The translations under genes were made by a program, and so were the position numbers. This document shows, piece by piece, positions 58,322 to 64,000 of a stretch of 64,000 bases of DNA (position 1 is the stretch's first letter; each line of letters opens with the position of its first letter). The DNA comes from Pseudogymnoascus verrucosus (taxonomy: Eukaryota). The notes below the pieces were generated by a model that saw nothing but the letters and a program-made list of their open reading frames with translations, did no database searches and had not been told where the DNA came from. The DNA is taken from assembly GCA_001662655.1 (NCBI GenBank), contig KV460252.1. One strand, given 5' to 3'.

Positions 58322-60499
58322 CTATCTACTCTTGATCATCCCAGCATTCGCACCGGTTCCCTTGCCACGCACAACTTTCATGTCTCCCTTTGTTTTTCCT
58401 GCAGCAAACTTTTCTCTCGCAAGCTGAATGGCAGACTTTCCATCTCCGCCTTTTCCTTTGACTGGTCCCTTCTTTGCAGGGAATGGCTTCTTCGCCTCTG
58501 CAGCGTCACCTTCATCTTCCTTCGGCGCAACAGCCACCGTCGTTCCCCCTTCTCCCTCCTTAACCTTTCCAATCCACTCTACCTTCCTCCTGACGAAGAG
58601 CTCCACCATCCAATTTCTTAATACTACTCTGCCAACCCAGTCTTCGCGTAGCTCAGCCATCGAGCTGGCGAGGATACTGCAGATGCGCTCCTTCAGCATC
58701 ATGAGTCCCTGCGTGCCATCCCAGAACGCGTCGAGGGCATGCGATCCCGACTTTGACGTTGCGAGCGTGATGATCGACGCTGGGTCTGCGAGGAAGATGT
58801 TGACCAGCTTGCGGCGGAACGGTGCGTTGTTGGCACTGCCCGGGTTGCTGGGGGACGAGGGGTCCGTGGGGATCAGAGCCACCTGGAGGATGTGAGAGGT
58901 CGTCGTGGTGCAGGCGAGGTGGATGAGGGTGGGGAGGTCGAGGCACAGGAGGGAATCCTGGATCAGGGTGGCTGGGAGGCCTGGGATCGCAAGCATGGCT
59001 TGTGCGAGGAGGGAGCCGTGAAGGGTTGTGAGATCTTGGCGGGGTTCGACTTTCTCATCGGTTTCGGCTTCTGGGGCGGTTTGGGGGGTTGTGTTGGTCA
59101 TCTTGAGGAGGAGAGTCGCGGGGTCATTGCCGTATGCCTCTGCGATCGCGGTTGTGATTGCGGCAGTGCTTTTCTCGGCGCGTCGTGCGGATGTGCGCTC
59201 GAGGAGGGTCTTGAGGATGGTGGTTCGGGAGCGTTCGATAAGGTTGGGGATTTGCGGGGTGATGGAGGTGGCCGCTTCCTCGAGATCTTCACGAGAAACG
59301 CGCTCCAGGACTTTGATGACGACGTAGGTGGCAATCTCGTTGCGAGCCAATGCGCCGATGCGGTCTTTGAAGGTGGAGCGGTAGATTTGCTTGAACAGTT
59401 TTCCTGGAGCGTATGTGACGAGCGTTTCCAGAAGGCGGGATCCGATGGACTCGTAGATGAGGCCACTGACGAATGCTGCGGACTTGGAGCCCTCCGTTTC
59501 AATGTTATCGGGAAGAAGTTTTCTCAGGATGGAGCCGGACGCTTCTGGGGCGAGATCTTTTGTCTTTGTCGGGCGCGTGAGCTCCAATTCGAGGAGGAGT
59601 TGAAGAGCGGGGTTGGCAGTTTGGTGGCAAGACAGAACCGGGATAGAGGTCTCGTCAAGGATTTCAGAAGTGTCGGAGATGAACTTGTTGACTGCATCTT
59701 GGAAGGAGGATGGGACGGCGCGCGCTTCCAGGCTGAGCTCTTCGGCGGACGACTTGAAGCCGGGGGTCGTGATGTTTTCCTTCTTTCTGCTTTGGAGGAG
59801 GGTTTTTGTAGAAGATTTCGCGAGTGGTTTTCCAGAGAGAACGACGAGGAGGACGCGAAGGGCGTGCGACGCGAATCGGTCGTTGAGGAGGAACCCAATT
59901 TGTCCTTCGAGTTCGTTCAGGGTGTAGAGGAAGGAGTTCTCCATCGACACGTAGACTTCGTCGGTTGGCGCAGGCTCATCTTCGGTGAGTTCTTGGGTGA
60001 CGATAGGCGCAGAATGGATGAAGAGCGTCTCGCAGCAATGACTGGCGAATCGATGCTGTATGAGGTGCAGGAACTGTCCACTGAACTTTTGGAACAGCGT
60101 CTTCTTTTGTGTAGGCGTGCTCAGCAGGATGAGCCTCTCCATCAGCCGCGAACATGACTGGCTGTTCGCAATTTTCAGTTCCTTGCCCTCTGCCTCCTTG
60201 AAGACATTGGCGAGGAACAGCGACCGGTCTTCGTCGGACGGGAAGTCGTTCAGCTCGAGCAATTCGTCTGCGCGTCGGAAGTATTCTTGTTCTTCCTCGG
60301 CGAGTAGGCCGTAGAAGGGTCGTCCATCCGCTTCTTCGGTGAATGGTGGTGGGACGAAGGTGTCGGTGGTGTCCCCCACGAAGGATATGCCGCCAACATC
60401 GAGAGCGGGCCTCTTGCCCACGGGTTCTTCATTCGCATTCGCCTCTCTCTTGCGCTTGCCCTCGCCGCGGCGACCACGTTGTTTGTTTTCTTTCGGCAT
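58322..60499 (-). CDS. NOP9: Nucleolar protein 9 (Pumilio-like repeat, 18S rRNA maturation)
   Basis: MPKENKQRGRR..FYGLLAEEEQEYFRRADELLELNDF..KELKIANSQSCSRLMERLI..HRFASHCCETL..FASHALRVLL..GSRLLE..KSAIQLAREKFA. Confidence 0.93.
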   Translation of the reverse strand: MPKENKQRGRRGEGKRKREANANEEPVGKRPALDVGGISFVGDTTDTFVPPPFTEEADGRPFYGLLAEEEQEYFRRADELLELNDFPSDEDRSLFLANVFKEAEGKELKIANSQSCSRLMERLILLSTPTQKKTLFQKFSGQFLHLIQHRFASHCCETLFIHSAPIVTQELTEDEPAPTDEVYVSMENSFLYTLNELEGQIGFLLNDRFASHALRVLLVVLSGKPLAKSSTKTLLQSRKKENITTPGFKSSAEELSLEARAVPSSFQDAVNKFISDTSEILDETSIPVLSCHQTANPALQLLLELELTRPTKTKDLAPEASGSILRKLLPDNIETEGSKSAAFVSGLIYESIGSRLLETLVTYAPGKLFKQIYRSTFKDRIGALARNEIATYVVIKVLERVSREDLEEAATSITPQIPNLIERSRTTILKTLLERTSARRAEKSTAAITTAIAEAYGNDPATLLLKMTNTTPQTAPEAETDEKVEPRQDLTTLHGSLLAQAMLAIPGLPATLIQDSLLCLDLPTLIHLACTTTTSHILQVALIPTDPSSPSNPGSANNAPFRRKLVNIFLADPASIITLATSKSGSHALDAFWDGTQGLMMLKERICSILASSMAELREDWVGRVVLRNWMVELFVRRKVEWIGKVKEGEGGTTVAVAPKEDEGDAAEAKKPFPAKKGPVKGKGGDGKSAIQLAREKFAAGKTKGDMKVVRGKGTGANAGMIKSR

Positions 60500-60745
60500 C
60501 GTTGGTGGGAATCGTGGTTTGCAGAGGTTGATTGCACTTATCTTGCGATTGGAACTTTTCTGCCGGGCGGTGGGGGGAGGGATTACGATCACGTGGTAGG
60601 CAATAGTTTGTGTGTGATTCTGGCCTTAGGAATTAGCCTTAAGAATTAGGCATTTACATAGTAAGACTTAGTAATTAGATAGTTCTATACAAAGGGGGCT
60701 GGCATAACCCTAACCGTTATAAGATGTTCATAACCTATCCTACTC

Positions 60746-63700
60746 CTATATAGGCTTCAACCCTTCCTTAAATCTAAGAATAGATATTTTCCCTGTTGAG
60801 TGTCCTAATACGATAGTTCCGTTCCAGACTGCCATTTCTTCCGGTCGATATTCACGAGGAAGCCAGAGAATCTTCTCCTTCCCTTCTATTACCCAATCAT
60901 CTAACACAAATAAACCTGGCTCCACCTTACTATCATGTAAGAAGGCTTCTGGCGTGAGAAATTTCGAATGGCCCTTGAGCGTCTCCAGCACTGTGCCCGT
61001 GACGGCGTCCCAGAGCCGTGTTTTATCACCTGACCTAGCCGCCACCCGCTTGCCGTCCGGCGAGAAGGCAACTGACGAGACTGTCTCTGAATACCACTCG
61101 AGTGTCTGCAGTGGTGCGCCTGTCAGGCAGTCCCAGATCCGTACCGTATTATCCTGTGACCCAGATGCCACGTGCTTGCCGTCCGGCGAGAAGACCACCG
61201 ATGTAACCGAGCTCAAATGGCCCTCGAGCGTCTGCAGTGCTGTGCCCGTCACAGTGTTCCAGAGGTGTACCATGTCACCTGACCCAAACACCACCCCCTT
61301 GCCGTCTGGCGAGAAGGCCACTGACGCGACAGAACGTGAACGGTACGGGCCCTCGAGCGGCGGGAGCGCCGTGCCTGTCACAACGTCCCAGAGCCGTACT
61401 GTGTAATCACCTGACCCAGACGCCACACGCTTGCCGTCTAGCGAGAAGGCCACTGACGAGATCTTCCTTGAATGGCCCTCGAGTATCTGCAGTACTGCAC
61501 CTGTCATGGCGTCCCAAAGCCATACTGTTAGATCATGTGACCCAGAAGCTAGGCGCTTACTGTCCGGTGAGAAGGCTAATGATGTAATTGGACCCCAATG
61601 GCCCTTAAGTGTCTGTAGTGCCTCGCCTGTCATAGCGTCCCAGAGCTGTACTGATTGACCATCTGACCCAGACGCCCACCGCTTGCCGTCTAGCGCGAAG
61701 GCCACAGGCGTGAGAAAGCTTTGGCCCTCAATCGTCTGTAGCACTGCGCCCGTCTCAGCGTCCCAGAGCTGTACCGTTTGATCATGTGACCCAGATGCTA
61801 TACACTTGCTGTCTGGCGAGAAGGCTACTGATGTGATAAATTTCGAATGGCCCTCAAGTGTCTGCAGTACTGCACCTGTCTCAGCGTCCCAGAGCCGTAC
61901 TGTTAGATCATGTGACCCAGATGCTATACGCTTGCCGTCTGGCGAGAAGGCTACTGACTCGACTAAACTCGAATGGTCCTCGAGCTTCTGTAGCGCTACA
62001 CCTGTCATAGCGTCCCAGAGCTGTATTGAGCCATTAAGTGACCCAGACACTATGCGCTTGCTGTCTGGGGAGAAATCCACTGACGTGACCGGGCTGGAAC
62101 CCTCGAGCACCTGTAGCGCCGCGCCAGTCACGGCGTCCCAGAGCCGTACCGTTTTATCATGCGACCCAGACGCCATGTGCTTGCCATCTCGCGAGAAGGC
62201 CACAGACTCGACTGAGTCCGAATGGCCCTCGAGCGTCTGCAGCGCAGCGTTCCAATTTTCTTGCGCTCTCGTCTTCAATTGGATCCAAGGTGGGATAAAT
62301 TTCTCAAATTGCCTCCGAACAATGCTTTTCTTCGGGGCGAAAACAAGCGCCGAACAGTATAGCTGTAGGGGTGCCTTTTCAATCACCAATCGGTTATACA
62401 AGGCGAATCGCATTGCATCATAGATAAATGCGTGTAAATCGGGGCTTTCATTAACCTATGACATGTTAATTAGAGTCTTGTAAGTAATAGATATATAGAT
62501 TACCAGAACGTAAGCCTCTAGGGACAATATTGCCTGAATCCCTTCTGACGTCTTGCCCATCCACCCGAGTGCCTCGAGCCAGTGCAGTAGATGATCCTGT
62601 AGAAACCGGTGAGCTTCTCTGCCACTATGAACCTGAGAATCACCCCTTTGTATATGCTGGACCCAGTAAAGACATGCATATTGAACTTCAGGTGGAAGGC
62701 ATTCCTCAATCCAACTGCTCTTAACCTGGCTAGCTTGGCTACCAGGAGTATGCATTTTGCAAATGTCCTTCTTAAGTGTCTGGGACATTAGCTTTATGCA
62801 GCCAGCAGCTAATATCTGGTGCGCCTCCTTTTCATTCACCTAAAACTCCCTACATCGATCTTTGCTAAGGAGGAAGTCGCGAAATGAAGGATGGTGTAGG
62901 CAGAGCGGGCGAGTCGGCTCCTTTGGAATATTAAGGATCGCATAAAGGTCCTCAAATGTATTGTCGATATCTTCTTTTGGAATGTGTAATAGCTTGCTTA
63001 ATGACAAGGTAGAAAGAGGTGAGAGCAACACTACTATACTTCCAAGAATATGCTTTAACATATCGCATACCTCTTCTTTCTCTTCGTCTGAATATTCTGA
63101 GGAGATCGAGTTCTTAAGGACAGCAAGATAGATCTCGTTGAGGTGTTTCTCTAGTGCGGTAATAGCGCTGCTACTGACCTTGAGAATTGTATCTAGTCTC
63201 TTGCGTGCGAATCGCCTCCCTTGATGGATAAACTGACATGCTGTTGCTGCCCAAATGAAGAGGCCACAAGCGTGTAGAACTAGCTGTCTCAGAATCGCCT
63301 CGCCTGGCCAGTCTGCGCCGAGAGTCCACTGCTGCCTGATTGTCTCTAGATTGTATTCTAGGAATAGAGAGATATCATGGTTAATAGTCTCTAGTGGTAT
63401 ATCATGGAGTATGAAGTCCTGGTGCTTAGCTTGTGGGATACGGTATATGCTGTGTCGGATTGGAATTTCGGGTCTACTAGTTAGAAAGACTTGAAGTCGT
63501 ACCGTCGTTAGTGACCGAGCCTCGGCTAAGAGCCCCAGAATGTTCTGGACGTTGATATCACCCTCACACTCGTCGAGCGCATCAACAACGAGGACGTACG
63601 GCTGGTGAGATTTCTCTAGCCTTGATAGGGGGCCGAGAACAAGCTGGCGCCACTGGTCTAAGAGGGACAGATTCGCAATATCACTCCGCTTGGTAACAGC

Positions 63701-64000
63701 CTCACAGATATACTGTCGAAGAGACGGCACATTGAAAGCGAGCTGCACTGCTAGACTTGTAAAGAACTTGCCGGCATGGCTCACATCTCCGTCACCCTTT
63801 GAGAAGAAGAAGCTGGCTCCAAGACGCTTCTGCTGATTATACCTGTGGGCGACGGTACGGGTGATTGTTGACTTTCCCGTTCCAGCTAGGCCATTCAACC
63901 AGAAGATGCATCGCTCACCTTGTCCATCTTTTCCATCAGCCCAGCCATATATGTCTTTTAAAAGGTCGACGCGGGTGTTAGGGAGGCAGGCAGGTTCGTG
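60746..64000 (-). pseudogene. HET-E-like NACHT-WD40 NLR (5' end outside the window), interrupted by one in-frame TAG
   Basis: CLPNTRVDLL, Walker A IFWLNGLAGTGKST, GASFFF, Walker B VVDALDEC, FLTSRPE, GLFIWAATAC, HPSFRDFL, YACLYWVQH, LHWLEAL and APLQLYCSALVFAP, then WD40 repeats. TAG at 62840-62842; intron 62456-62503. Confidence 0.85.
60955..62242 (-). repeat. About 10.5 tandem ~126-bp WD40-coding repeats
   Basis: Unit LQTLEGHxxxVxSVAFSPDGKRxASGSxDxTVRLWDAxTGxx, with DNA-level similarity visible (recurring ggcgagaaggc, gacccaga, gtcccagagc). Confidence 0.92.

Noticed and set aside
58892..60157. 421-aa + strand ORF and similar long antisense ORFs (e.g. 1829-2539, 27370-28131, 56965-57585)
   Set aside because: These are shadows of GC-rich coding sequence on the opposite strand and show no domain features.
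60705..60715. TAACCCTAACC, resembling a telomerase RNA template or telomere seed
   Set aside because: Under two repeats, squeezed between the NOP9 promoter and the NLR stop codon. There is no room or visible structure for a kilobase-scale TER.
60955..62242. Regularly spaced repeats resembling a CRISPR array
   Set aside because: They are in-frame WD40 coding units in a eukaryotic gene, with no unique spacers and no cas genes.
62840..62853. TTTTAG|GT at the NLR stop read as a splice acceptor that would remove the stop
   Set aside because: The nearest donor-like GTAGGG gives a 14-nt intron, which is too short, and the upstream sequence encodes the conserved HPSFRDFL motif.

Overview
Eukaryotic, intron-containing DNA from a filamentous ascomycete (Pezizomycotina; Leotiomycete-like is a guess, not tested). 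Many six-frame ORFs are single exons of spliced genes. Layout: (1) 1-28 kb, a gene-dense housekeeping block: TSR3 (partial), GGA adaptor, a conserved membrane hypothetical, mitochondrial IF2, a small CxxC orphan, ASF1, SRO7/tomosyn, PP28/PDAP1, RNA14, a slicer-type Argonaute, and an App1-type phosphatidate phosphatase. (2) About 29-47 kb, an accessory-looking block: internally deleted cystathionine gamma-synthase-like pseudogene, GH5 beta-1,6-glucanase, fungal SLATT 2TM protein, a hAT-type non-autonomous element with an exact 8-bp TSD, a PTH11/rhodopsin-domain protein, O-methyltransferase, MFS transporter, a Cys-rich single-pass surface protein, and a GliT-like CLFC oxidoreductase. (3) 47-60.5 kb: GH76, cytochrome b5-acyl-CoA dehydrogenase, IAH1-like SGNH esterase, an atypical Ras ending in -CW, and NOP9. 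(4) The 3' part of a HET-E-like NACHT-WD40 NLR with one in-frame TAG. The most notable observation is a spliced 95-codon upstream ORF in the multi-intron Argonaute leader, where a CAGTAG tandem acceptor would toggle between a 25-aa and a 95-aa peptide. Also notable are the backbone-less GliT/OMT/MFS/receptor group, the NLR TAG at an apparent Trp position, and the MITE inserted beside a stop codon. Family assignments come from motif recognition; no database searches were run.
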